DNA of 62,879 bases, the filler included, from Kipferlia bialata (Eukaryota), in NCBI GenBank assembly GCA_003568945.1. It is 6 parts of 6 records of this genome, joined end to end, with 100 filler letters (N's around TTAATTAATTAA, not from the genome) between each part and the next. Parts side by side here need not be neighbours in the genome. Positions count along the whole stretch, not along the records: positions 51,462 to 59,609 come from BDIP01001052.1; positions 59,710 to 62,879 come from BDIP01001057.1; 4 more parts are not named here. One strand, given 5' to 3'. The notes below the pieces were generated by a model. The model was given only the letters and a program-made list of their open reading frames with translations. It searched no databases and was not told the DNA's origin. Position numbers and translations under genes: made by a program. Positions 51,526 through 62,879 of the stretch are shown here, piece after piece. How positions within the stretch are numbered: the first letter of the stretch is position 1; each line of letters begins with the position of its first letter.

Positions 51526-54500
51526 GTCTCCCATCTGCGCCAACAGCTAGAGGACACCGCCCCTCTGACCCATACTGAGGTTGGACACTCTGACTCAGAC
51601 TCCGGCATCCCTGGCCTAGGTGCCGGGTCAGCCTTTGCCCAGGATAGGATAGACAGTCTGATGGGGGAGATAGCCCATGTGTCTGAGAGACTGCGGCAGG
51701 CAGAGGCTGAGAGGGACACTGCCACCCTACAACTGCACCAGATGGAGTCGAGACACACCATGGAGGGCGTGGATACACAGGGGGGTAGGGGGGGAATGTC
51801 CGAGACCATCGAGATAGAGAGAGAGAGGGAGCTCGAGCAGCTCAGAACTGACCTGAGCGCCTGTGAGAGGGAGAGAGAGTCTCTGAGACGCACCCTAGAG
51901 GCTGAGAGGGAGACCTGGGACAGGTTGGGTCGGGACAGAGAGAGAGAGAGGGCTGACCTCGAGGCCAGGGTGCAGGGTGTGACTGTGGAAAGAGACTCAG
52001 CCCTGGCCCAGACCCTCATACTGCAGACGCAGCTCAATGCACAGCTGAGTGCATCTAATGTAACCCGCCAAGATGGAGAGGAGGCAGGAGAGGTTGCACA
52101 TGAGGCCACAGCCGAGGCTCATCCAGTGGGTGAGGTTGGGCCTACCCAATCCCACAGGCAAGTGGAGGAAGACCCAGAGCTCACCTCCATATCTCAGACA
52201 CTGGCTGCGGTGAGGGCAGAGAGAGAGAGACTGGCCGAGGAGAGGGAGAGGGGAGGCCCCTCCCTATCTGAGGGACCAACCATACCTACGGATGCGGCCC
52301 TATCCTCAGAGACAGGCCCTGTCCCTGTGTCTGTGTCATTGTGTCTGGAGGAGTGCAGAGAGAGACTGGTGCAGGCCGAGACACAGCGGGACAGGGCCCT
52401 AGCCCTGTACCAGGAGGCCCAGACCCAGCTAGCCTCTGCCCCCCCTGCCCCTTCTGCCAGTGTGTTTGAGACACAGGCTAGGCTGGAGGGTGCCAGAGTG
52501 GCAGCAGTGGAGAGGAGGGAGAGAGAGAGGGAGGAGGAGGTGGCAAGGCTGAGGGAGGATCTGGAGCAGAGGTCAAGGGAGCTGGCCGACACAAGAGACG
52601 CCCTAATAGCCTGTAGGAATAGGGTGAGAGGTACACCCAGTGATGCCCTGGGTATGGGTATGGATGCTGACAGTGAGTCAGAGCATGAACAGGGCTCAGC
52701 CGAGGGCATGTCTACCCCTCGCACTGCTATTGAGTCTTCCCTGAGTCGCAAGGGAGTGTCTACCCTCATTGACACAGTCAAGAGAGGCATAGAGACGGGA
52801 CTCACAAAGGACGGTGAGGGAGAGGGGGATGAGGAGGAGGACCCCCACACCATGAGAGAGTCCGCTCTCTCTGCTCTCCACTCCCTCAGGCACCTGGTTG
52901 ACAGACTGGCTGCTGTGCATGCAGGGGCTGTCCAAGAGACCAGGGTAGCACAGGAGAAGGCAGCCTCTCTGACTGGGAGACTGACTGCCAGTGAGAGGGA
53001 GAGTGCGCTAACCCAGACCGCCAATGACACCCTGAGGAGAGAGAGAGACAGGGCGAGTGCCGCGAGGGATACCCTGTCTGCTGAGGTGGCAGTGTTACAG
53101 GACAGACTGGCTGTGATGGAGGGGGAGAGTGCTGCCAGACCTGGTCTGCTCAGAGACATCCAGGCCTCAGTCACCCACTCACTGAGACAGGCGTCAGATG
53201 CAGCAGAGGCATACCTTAGCAGTGTCAGACCGGCCATGCTCATGAAGGGAGAGGGAGACAGAGATGGTAGTGCCAACAACCATGACACGTCTGGTGGTGA
53301 TGCCTCCCTAGTGGCCAGACTGCTAGACAGGGACAGACGGATACATGGTCTGACCTGGGAGGCAGAGTGTCTCAGGGTGAGGGTCGGGGTGGAGCAGACC
53401 CAGGCCCTGTCCCTGGCTGCGTCTCTGGTGGAGTGGGTGGGCAGTGCAGTATCCAGTGCCAGGGGCCAGGCCAGGCTGTTACACACCATGGAGGCTGGGA
53501 CACAGCACCGCATCTCCCTCCAGACAGACATAGTCCGGTCACTAAGGGAGAGGGTGAGGGAGGCCGAGATCGAGGCTGACGATGCCCAGTCTAGGTGCTG
53601 CACCCTTCTGGGGCAGATGGCTGCAGCCAGACAGAGACACCAGGACAGGCTGAGGGCAGAGAGAGAGACCTCCACCCGCATGCAGGCCACTCTGGTCCAG
53701 GCCTCCCACTGTCTGGCAAGGGGTGGTGCGGCAGGGGAGGTATACGAGCAGGTGCGGCAGTACCTGACGTCTCCGTCCCAGGTGCCACCACCCGAGGGCC
53801 TGGGCCTCTCCCTCCCCACCCCCCTCTCCCTGTCTACGGATGCCAGGGACAGTGTCAGGGCCAGGCTAGCGGGGGCAGCAGCACACAGCCAGGCCCTGCT
53901 ATGCCGCAACACAGCCCTAGTTGAGGTACTAGGGGATGTTCTGGGGACACAGGCTGCGGCGGCACCAGCTGCACATACTAGTGCCCCTGAGTGTGTGGAG
54001 GCAGAGTCTGCAGTGTCTGTGGAGGATGTGACCAAGGCCCTCAGTGCTGCCAGGAGGGGGGAGAAGGAGGCCAGAGCAAGGGCCAGACAGGCAGAGAAGA
54101 GAGTGCGGAGGCTGACGGCTGAGGTTGAGGCTGGGGACAGGGACAGGGGTCTAGTGAGAGAGGAGTGGGTCAGAGCAGTTGGTCAGGTGGGTAGGATGAG
54201 TGTTATATGACTTTAGTGTATACCAATTAACGTGTCTAACCCCCCCCCCCCCCTCTGACCCCAGACCGTGGAGAGTGTGCTAGGCAAGGTGCGGCACATG
54301 ACCCATGCCCAGACACAGGTGCAGAGGATGCTGGAGGGGGCCACGGCCTCAGTCAGGGCAGGGCAGGGGGCAGACTCGGTCACTGACGTGTCCACTGCAC
54401 CCAGCCTGACTGCTATTAGTGACCCCCTCTCCCATATCAATGGTACCCAGCCCATGCACCCTGTCCCTGTCTCTGTAGCTGCCGAGGTGTCTGCAGCCAA

Positions 54501-56382
54501 GGAGGCGGAGGTCCAGGCACGTGCTGCCCTGGCCTTCGAGCAGGAGAGGAGCAGTGCTTTGGCAAAGCTGGCCAGGGCGTACAGAGAGAGGGTGCGGGAG
54601 GGAGAGAGAGAGAGAGAGGCCATCCTGGCTGAGATGCCGGAGGGGGTGGAGGGTGGCACCCAGACCGTCCAGCCTCTGAGTGTGTCCAGAGGAGTGGACC
54701 CTGTTCTCTCCCCCCCTCCCCTCTACACTGCGACCACCCAGACCGAGGACTGGCTGGCAGAGGGTGACACCTGGGAGGCTGGGGTGCAGACGGCACTCAG
54801 CAGCTTTGTGTGTGGGACAAGTGTTGGGTGTGCTACTGAGACTGACTCAGAGGCAGAGGCAGAAGGGCAGGATGACGAGTATGCGTTCTCTGAGTCCACC
54901 CAGACATGCCCCGTTGAGCTGTCCATCTCATGGACCCAGACCACCCCTCCCCCGGACATGCTCCCCTATGCGGTGCAGACAGATGCCTCGATGCACTGTA
55001 GAGTGGCAGAGACACAGACACAGGGGGTGGAGAGAGAGAGCAGGGGGGTGCAGGGGAGTGGGCCAGAGGGGACGGTACAGCAGACCCAGACGGATACCCC
55101 TAATGCCTTCAACGCCCAGGTCCAGACGGAGCTGACAGCTGACCTCATTAGGGAGATTAGGGAGGAGCTAGCTGCCTGTAGGGAGGGTCTGCTGGATGAT
55201 AGTGTACAGCTAGTGGAACATGCGTCTCTGACAGGGAAGGTGTGCTACCTAGAGGCCACCCTGCAGACCACGAGACAGGAGCTGGAGGCCAGGGAGGTCG
55301 AGTGCTCCCACTGTACAGTGAGGCTGAAGGAGGCACAGGACGAGGTATCTAGACTGGAGCAGGCCCTAGCATTAGAGGAGGGGAGGTGTGGGCAGGAGAG
55401 AGAGAGGTCGGACAAGGCAGAGACCTCGCTGCAGAGGCTGAAGGATAGGCGTGGAAGGGCGGAGACCAAGAGGGACGCGGAACTGACTAAGGCACAGAGA
55501 CAGTTGGAGAGAGAGAGAGAGAGGGTGTCCCAGGCCCACAGAGACCTTGATACCCTGAGGGCACAGCTAGAGACTGCCGGTGCGGCACTGAAGGCAGAGA
55601 GGAAGGTGTCGGCTGGGCGCAACAGTGACCTCAGGAGCAGCAGACAGGCTGCAAAGCTGAAGACAGAGAGACTGACAGCGGAGGTGGCTGCAGCGACACA
55701 GAGAGCGGAGACAGCCGAGCAGAGGCTAAAGGAAGGGAAGGACGTGCTGAGGCGCAAGCAGAACGCACTGCAGGTGGGTTAATGTGCATATTTTGGTATC
55801 ACTCTGTACTTGTCTATATTGAGTGGTTACGACTTCTGCTGCTTGTTGACAGTGTACATTGTTATATATCCATTCTCCATCTATTGTGTCTCACCCCAGG
55901 CGAGGGGCATCGAGATAGAGGCGCTGAAGGAGAGGGAGAAGGAGCTTGAGCACTCTCTCTCTGTGTCCCAGGCTCGTGCTGAGGCTAGGGTACAGGCTCT
56001 ACCAGATATGACCATAGGCACCCACCCAGCTTCCTCTGCCGCTGCCTCTACCACCACTGTGCAGCACAGGCCTGGTGTGCCCTCCATCAGGTGGCACCCC
56101 AGGGTGGCTGGGCCCCCATACCCCTTGGCCCCCACCAACGTCAATGACATATCCCGCACCCCAGCACCGGAGTCTGAACCCCCCTCCCCCACCCCCCGGC
56201 AGAGGGCGAGGTGGGAGAGAGGCCCAGAGGCAGAGACAGAGGCAGAGGCAGAGGCTGTGCCCCATGGTGACGTGTACATTCAGGATGGATACTCTGGCCT
56301 CAACCTGTCCGACCAGGACTTGGAGTCCTTGCAGGGTCTGAACCTCACAGCTGAGGACCTGTCTGCCCTACTGCCTAGCTAA
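51526..56382 (+). CDS. Very large coiled-coil protein (5' truncated) with a TQT/VQT motif array; exons ~51526-54186, 54265-55773, 55900-56382
   Basis: 849-, 504- and 190-aa ORFs joined by short GT-AG introns; heptad-rich sequence. Confidence 0.8.
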
Positions 56383-57032
56383 TAGGTGTATGGGTATAGA
56401 CACACAGGGTTCAAACCCCAGGGTGTTCCCCTGTGTATAAGGACACGCGGCACCAGCCGTGTTACCATGCGTTATCCGTCGGTCATGCACCAGTATCATT
56501 GTGTGTATGGCGCCCTGCACTACCATGGCGTCAAGTCGGTGCCTTTCTTACCAGGGCTACCCTATGGGATATCCTGGAGGCGTCAATCGTGACATGTACA
56601 CCCATAGGTCACTCACTTAGTAGTATCAGGGCATCCAGTTGGTCACTGCACAGTGCCTCAGAACGATGTTCCTCTTCCGCGGTGTGACTCAGGGTCATAT
56701 ACTCTAGGGCATACCAATACCAGGATGGGTGGAACCAAGGCGGAATAGTCTTGCCATCAGCACCCCAGTGAGTTATGGTGTAGGTTGAGTTCCATGCTGG
56801 ATTTTATCAGTGGCCATTTTGTGCCAGTGAGAGAGGTCTCTAATAGACAATTGACGTCTAATCTTACATACGAGCCATCAATCACATCAAGACAACGATC
56901 TATGCCAGTGAGGCCATGACTATATACACATATATGTGATATCTGGTACCACACAGATGTATCAGGCACTATGGGCATGGAATACAAAAGAACTATGGAA
57001 CGAACGATAACAAAGCAACCTCAGCCTGGGCC

Positions 57033-59008
57033 TCACTCCTGGTCAGCACCCTTCTTCTTCTTGGCTCTCTCTGGGAACACCTTCCCTGCCCCAGCCTCCC
57101 TCCGTCTCTGGGCTCTGGTGCTCTTCTCAGGTACCTTCTGCTCCTTCTTGGCCCCTGGCTTGTTCTTAGCCCTGGTGCCCCTACCCTTATAGGCCTTCTT
57201 GACCTTCTTCTCCTCGGCAGCTGGGTCTGCTCTCTTGGCTATCAGCCTGATGGGGCCCTTGGCAGCTATCACAGCGGCAGACTCACTGGGGGTGGCCCTC
57301 ACAGGCTCGCCCCTCTCCCTGCTCTTCCTGGCGTTGGCCCTTGTCTTGTTCCTCTTGGCTCTCTTCACCTTCCTTGCGTGCTCCTTGGCCTCCTCCTCAG
57401 CCTGCACCCTCTCGGCCTCCTTCTTGGCCTCGATGCGCTTCTCTCTCTCCTCCCTCTTCTCCCTCCTGACGTTGAGCCTCACATTGGCCTCGTCCAGGAT
57501 GGCCTTCTTGGCGTCTGGGCTGGGCTGGTGGCACAGGAGGGCAGACACGGGTCTACCCCTCAGGAAGATGTCCTTGTCCACATACCCATCCAGGGTGAGG
57601 GCAACGTGGGGGACAGTCTCACCCTCCTCCTCCCCCTCAGCCATGGCCACATCAGCCTCTCCCTCTCCCTCTCCCTTCTCCTCCCCCTCTCCCTCTGCCT
57701 CAACCTCAGTCTCAGACTCGACATCGGCACTGCCAGCGGCATAGAGACGCACAAATGAGACCTGTCCGTCCGAGCACACACACCCTACCAGCACACCCTC
57801 GGCAGCACCCAGGGACACAGGGCAGATGCTCTTGATGCGGCGTGACTCCGTGGCCTCCTCGATCTCCTTGTCCGACGACCTCTCAATGGCTGACAGGAAC
57901 TGGTTGTAGCACTCGGTCAGGCCATACACACTGGGGCAGTCGTCGCTGGCCTGGGGGTCAGGAGGTTGGGTATTAGACATACTTCATAAGCGTAGTGAGA
58001 CTACAGAAAGCAAGAAGAAATCAAAAGAGAGTATGAAAGGTATCATAGACTGTGCAGTATTACATAGCATCAGCATATCTCCCCCCACCTTGGTGCCTGG
58101 TCTGGGCAGGAACTCTGGTCTCTTGGACACCGACCTGGCCACATTGACAGCCATGGGCTGGAGGGCAATGAGGCGTCCATCGTTGGTGCCCACCACGAGT
58201 ATCTCTGTCTCCTCCCCTGGGGCGTCCCCCTCCCCATCAGCAGAGAGGGTGATCCACCCCATACTGGCCACCTGTCTACCAACAGGGAGCTGGAACTGGG
58301 CAATGGCGCCAATGTCGTCAGTGCCGATGGGGTGGATGGCCAGCCAGCGGTCATAGGCAATGCAGAGCAGAGAGCCTGGGGGTGAGAAGGTGGTAGGTTG
58401 GGAGAGACACTTCACATATACACGAGGGAGGACATGTATACAGGAGAGCTAAGTGTATGACAGGAATGGTACGTACCGCTCTCACTGAGACTGCTCTGGG
58501 ATGGCCTGAGGGCCAGGGGCACTGACACCAGTCTCCTGAGGGACCGCATGTCCCAGATGGCCAGAGACTTGGGAGAGAGAGAGAGCATCAGCACACCGGA
58601 GGGGTGGAGGTGCAGCCCAATCACAGGCTGCTCCTGGGAGGAGTGCTTGGCCTTGCCTAGGAGCTCCCAGTCCCCAGCACGCAGCACAGCAATCTCTCCG
58701 CTCTGGTTGGATGTCACGACGTGCCTGCCGTGTGCCGATATGCACGACACAGGGGAGGTGTGCATGTCCAGCATCCCAGTGTTCCTGAGCCTGGCCACAT
58801 CGTACACACGCACCATCATGTCCTGGCCCCCAGAGAGCACCTCCCCAGACCCGGCCAGACACACACTGCGCACACTGCCGTCGTTGTCTGACACCTCAAA
58901 CATGGGGGACACAGACACACCGGAGGGGGACACATCGCACTTGAAGCCAGTCAGCTCTCCATGATAGCTCCCTGACACAAACCACAGGGGCGTCAGATCA
59001 CCTTCCAT
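57033..59008 (-). CDS. MAK11: MAK11/PAK1IP1-like WD40 60S ribosome biogenesis factor; exons 59008-58477, 58375-58089, 57950-57033
   Basis: FVSGSYHGELTGF, SGGQDMMVRVYD, GDWELLG, LHLHPSGVLMLSL..LAIWDM match the Mak11/PAK1IP1 pattern (GSYE..L.G; W..L; HPSGKLALS); K/R-rich tail. Confidence 0.8.
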
Positions 59009-59205
59009 GTGTGTGGGTAGGAGAAGCGATACGGAGTCATAGAACCCTTATGTGTCATACTTTTCTTCTTCCCTACACCCCTAACTGGCAAACACGGATT
59101 TCTTTATGATTTCGCTGTCAGTGGAGTGTCAGTGGAGTGGACCTGCATGCCTATCTACATTCAGAACTATTCTGGGAATTCCTTCCACTCGGAAGTAGCG
59201 GTACA

Positions 59206-59516
59206 ATGGCGGTGCCTATTGGTACTAGCTTCGCTGACTTAAGTACCAGATGCCAGGTCTGTATATATTGTTTCCTATGCTGGCCAGTATATTCAATTGA
59301 CTGACAATCCTTTGAGTGTGATATATCATATATATTCTCTGACTCTCAGCAGCTGAGCCAGCAGCAGGCTGTCCTTGATGAACGTATCGCAGAGCTGGAG
59401 AGTCAGCTCAATGCAAACCGGCAGGTAGAGTGCAGTGTTCTCTTCCTGTAGACCTATTCTAATTCTAATGTATTTCTGAGTTGATCAAATGCAGTGACCG
59501 TCTCTCTTCTCAGTGA
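59206..59516 (+). CDS. Putative 42-aa coiled-coil microprotein
   Basis: Exons 59206-59256 (MAVPIGTSFADLSTRCQ), 59350-59424 (QLSQQQAVLDERIAELESQLNANRQ) and TGA directly after a CAG acceptor at 59514; all junctions phase 0. Confidence 0.45.
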
Positions 59517-59558
59517 TGAAGGCTGGGGCGAATAGAGTATTCGAATATCTTCGGTTAG

Positions 59559-59609
<51 letters not shown>

Positions 59610-59709
59610 NNNNNNNNNNNNNNNNNNNNNNNNNNNNNNNNNNNNNNNNNNNNTTAATTAATTAANNNNNNNNNNNNNNNNNNNNNNNNNNNNNNNNNNN
59701 NNNNNNNNN
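59610..59709. other. Artificial contig-joining spacer
   Basis: N44-TTAATTAATTAA-N44. Confidence 0.97.
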
Positions 59710-59723
59710 TTGTGTGGGAAGAA

Positions 59724-59760
<37 letters not shown>

Positions 59761-59786
59761 GTGGGCACGACACACTTAGACCCCAC

Positions 59787-62700
59787 CTGGTATCTCTGGG
59801 ACATCGTGTAGCATCAGGAGCCTGGCCATGCTGAAGGAGAGGGCACTGGCAGACACAACAGCAGCGGAGCTGTATCCTGGGGCGTGAGAGGCAGACAGCA
59901 ATGGGGGATGGGGGTAAAGTATCAAATGCTGTCCGGTGTATAAAAGTGTGCAACCATACCCGGGTCTGGTGCTGCTAAGAGCAGCTCAGTGAAGAGGGGG
60001 CACACCCTGCTGGGCATGCCCATATAGCCCACAAGCACAGTCCCTGGGATGCCTGATAGTAAGGGGTATAGTAAGGGGGTATGTAAGAGGGTGGGATGGA
60101 CATCAGGGGGGAGAGGGAGGAGGAGGACAGAGACATCGACCCATACCGGCCAGTCCCTCTGACACTGCAGTGAGCATCTTAGTGGTCTCACTGTATGTCG
60201 GAGCATCCGTGCCCTGGGGCTGACCCAGCAGAGTGGCCCGACTGGCCTATGGTTAGGAGGTATACATGGGTACCAGTGTCATACCATACCCACCTCTCCC
60301 CTTACCTCAGGAGTGGCTGTCGGCATAGTGGACGGGTGGTACAGAGGGGGGGCGGTGCTGCCGGCCTCGCTCTCTCCCTCCCGCTCTCCCTCTGACTGTG
60401 TCTGGTCACTCCCACTGTCGGAACACAGAGCCTGGTACTCCCTACGGTGAGGTCAGACATATACAATAATAATATACAATAAATATATACATATTCAGAC
60501 ATGCACAATCAGAGATGAAGGCAGCCACTTGGAGAGGAAACAAGGAAAATAGCGACAAAATACTATGTGTAAAGACACTCACTTTGCGAGCATTGGCACC
60601 AGCACGTGGCGAACTGTTGTGTACATGATCTCCAAGAGGCCGAGCTGGGAGACAGAGACAGCAACGTCGCTGGGGGTGAGAGAAGGGTGTAAGAGACTCA
60701 GCAGGGGTGAGTCGAGTTGAGTGCGGATATTTTCATACGATATACACCCGACTCAAAGTACCACCAGTGAGTAAGAAAAGACACTGTCGAGAGGGGTGCG
60801 TGGTACCTATCCTCCTGGCCCCTGCTCTGCGGTCTGTAGCTGTCCCCACTCATGGAGGAGACAAAGGACTCATCGACGCTGGGGTGGGGGGAGAGGGCAG
60901 GATAAGGGGAAATAGAATCAGTCCGAAGTATCAATCCGATGTATGAGTCTCAGTGTTACAGTACCAATACGCGAGTAGTTGATATCAGTATTCATTTACA
61001 TAAATATATATATATGTACATTATATGTACAGGGGCACCCACCGTCTGTTCTCGGACTCGATGAATGAGGCACCGGCACTGTTGATGTCAACGGACACCG
61101 CCTGGGAGTGTTCCCTGGGGATGGGCAGGAGACTAACATACATAAGGGTCCATAAGTATAGTGCAATGTACCCCTACCCATTCCCACACATAGTGTACAT
61201 CACAGCTACACCCACCTAGCCGAGGCCCGACGGGAACTCCGGGCGCTGAGCCTCCCTCTGCTACTCTCCCTAGGGTCACACGCTTGTGAATGTGGTTCAA
61301 AGGACTTTCAGAGTTCAAGTGTGTATTGCATTGTATACGTTTGTACAGTATGTGTGCATTGTATGTATTGGGCGGCAGGTCCACTCTTGTTGACTGTGTG
61401 ACGAGGTATAGACATATGGATAGATTGCCCTACCATTCCACGACATCTCTTACTATTCACACCCACCTTCTCGAGCTGCGTGGCTTGGCCGAGCTGTGCC
61501 CCCTGCTCTGGTGATGCATCATGGTGGGCAGGGGCGGGATGGCATCCGAGGGCTTGTCAGCAAGAGAGGCATCCAGCCTCTCTTCCCTGGGGTCAGATGA
61601 GACAAATCCGTTAGCACGTACAGTAGACACATGTACCTCTCCCTGTCAAACGACAGGTGGGAGGCCGTGACTGAGGCCTGAGACTCCGATAGAGACCCCC
61701 TGCTCCTGGTGTCATCGTAGAAGATGTCTCTCTCCCCCTCCCCCTCAGACCCCTCTGAGTAGTCTGACCCACTGCCACTGACACTGTCACTGGATGTGGA
61801 GAGGGAGGGCAGGGAGAGAACGGCATCGGCAGGCTGGGCCACGGCCTAAGGGTCAGAGACAGGAGAGGAGAGCTCACCCACAACACGACAACCTTGTGTC
61901 ACATACACATCACACCGTATCAACCACACTACCTTGGCGAGAGAGAATGTGGCCAGTGTAACAGGCACCAGAGAGGTCGGGATGGGGAGGGAGGCGCCGG
62001 CTTCCTAAGAGTGAGACTATGGATGGAGGGAGAGAGACGAGGAGAGAGTCAACCACTGCGAGATGAGCATTAAAATTATATACCAATATATAACAATATA
62101 GCTGTAATGATGACATCTTACCTCCTCCCCTGGGCCACCCTCCTCGTCCACCTCTCTCTCCCTCTCTCTGCTCTGTTCGTGTCGTGCCTGTCTCTGACTC
62201 CTCAGAAGGGCCCCGAAGATAACCTCAAACCTGGGTAAGAAGGGGGTATATGCCCAGTATCTACCAAACACCACTGAAACAGCCCTGGTCCTGCATTGGA
62301 CCGTATTATATATATTGAGCACAAGCACTCACTACTTATTATTACTTACTTGTCTGCCGGGTTGTCCTTCCCTCCACTCTCAGGGCAGAGCTCAACAGTG
62401 GATACCTGGGGGTGGGAGGGAGAGGGAGACATAGGAAGACAGATGAATAGACAGCTTGATACACGGCCCATACCAGGGCCTGCCAGGCTGACTGCTCGAG
62501 GGTGATGTCTGAGTTGACATAGGCGGACAGGGAGGGCGACTGGACACTGGAGGTCAGACACTTGGGAGAGAAGGAGATGGCTATGACAGGGAGTCCACAG
62601 AGCCAGGGGTATGAAAGAATGAATGAATATCTACCTGTAGGGCAGGACAATTAGACAAACATAACCGAACCCCACTGACACCGACCAACCATATACATAT

Positions 62701-62826
62701 AGAACACACATCCCCACCTGCATGATAACACATGTGCCAGCAGTGCTAGCTCCAGAGACAGTACAGAGAGCAGGTCTCGCTGCCTGATCTCGTGGCCTGG
62801 GTGGGAGCACAGGTGCATCACTCCTG
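59787..62826 (-). CDS. Internal part of a multi-exon S/E/R-rich hypothetical protein
   Basis: Many short minus-strand exons bounded by CCCCAG/GT, e.g. AVAQPADAVLSLPSLSTSSDSVSGSGSDYSE and FEVIFGALLRSQRQ. Confidence 0.55.
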
Positions 62827-62879
62827 GGGTCATTGGTGGTGGGGGGGGGGGGGGGGGGGGGAATTTTGTGGGGGTATTT

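Noticed and set aside
2380..57744. Long antisense S/L-rich ORFs (e.g. 52194-54035, 5084-5803, 57199-57744)
   Set aside because: Shadows of GA-rich E/R-coding exons on the opposite strand.
59560..59609. Poly-C/poly-G tracts at contig ends as telomeres or element ends
   Set aside because: Similar homopolymers occur inside introns (e.g. 50316-50356); they most likely just mark where the assembly broke.
12788..59709. Five recurring TTAATTAATTAA palindromes as a biological motif
   Set aside because: Each is centred in exactly 44+44 N and stops all six frames, so it is a concatenation linker; gene adjacency across it means nothing.

Overview
Eukaryotic, very intron-rich genomic DNA. The window holds six unrelated contigs (1-12787, 12888-25656, 25757-38521, 38622-51361, 51462-59609, 59710-end) joined by artificial N44-TTAATTAATTAA-N44 spacers. 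Short GT-AG introns ending CT(C/A/G)AC-Cn-YAG, GA-microsatellite-encoded ERERER tracts, kelch-like genes, a flavodiiron protein and a BPI-like protein suggest a free-living anaerobic fornicate such as Kipferlia (inference, not verified). Genes rebuilt by manual splicing: two large coiled-coil proteins (one with a TQT/LC8-motif array), kelch-like genes and relics, a tail-to-tail pair of helical-repeat paralogs, a secreted BPI/LBP protein, an XPG/Asteroid-type PIN nuclease, a flavodiiron protein, a multi-TM protein ending in an apparently dead class I phosphodiesterase domain, a WD40 protein and MAK11/PAK1IP1. The most unusual signal: about 20 introns carry 1-5 partial copies ('echoes') of the adjacent exon edge plus its splice site. 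The copies are separated by diverged intron-like spacers, often decay with distance, and differ from the exon largely by synonymous changes. All exon boundaries were called by eye and are approximate.
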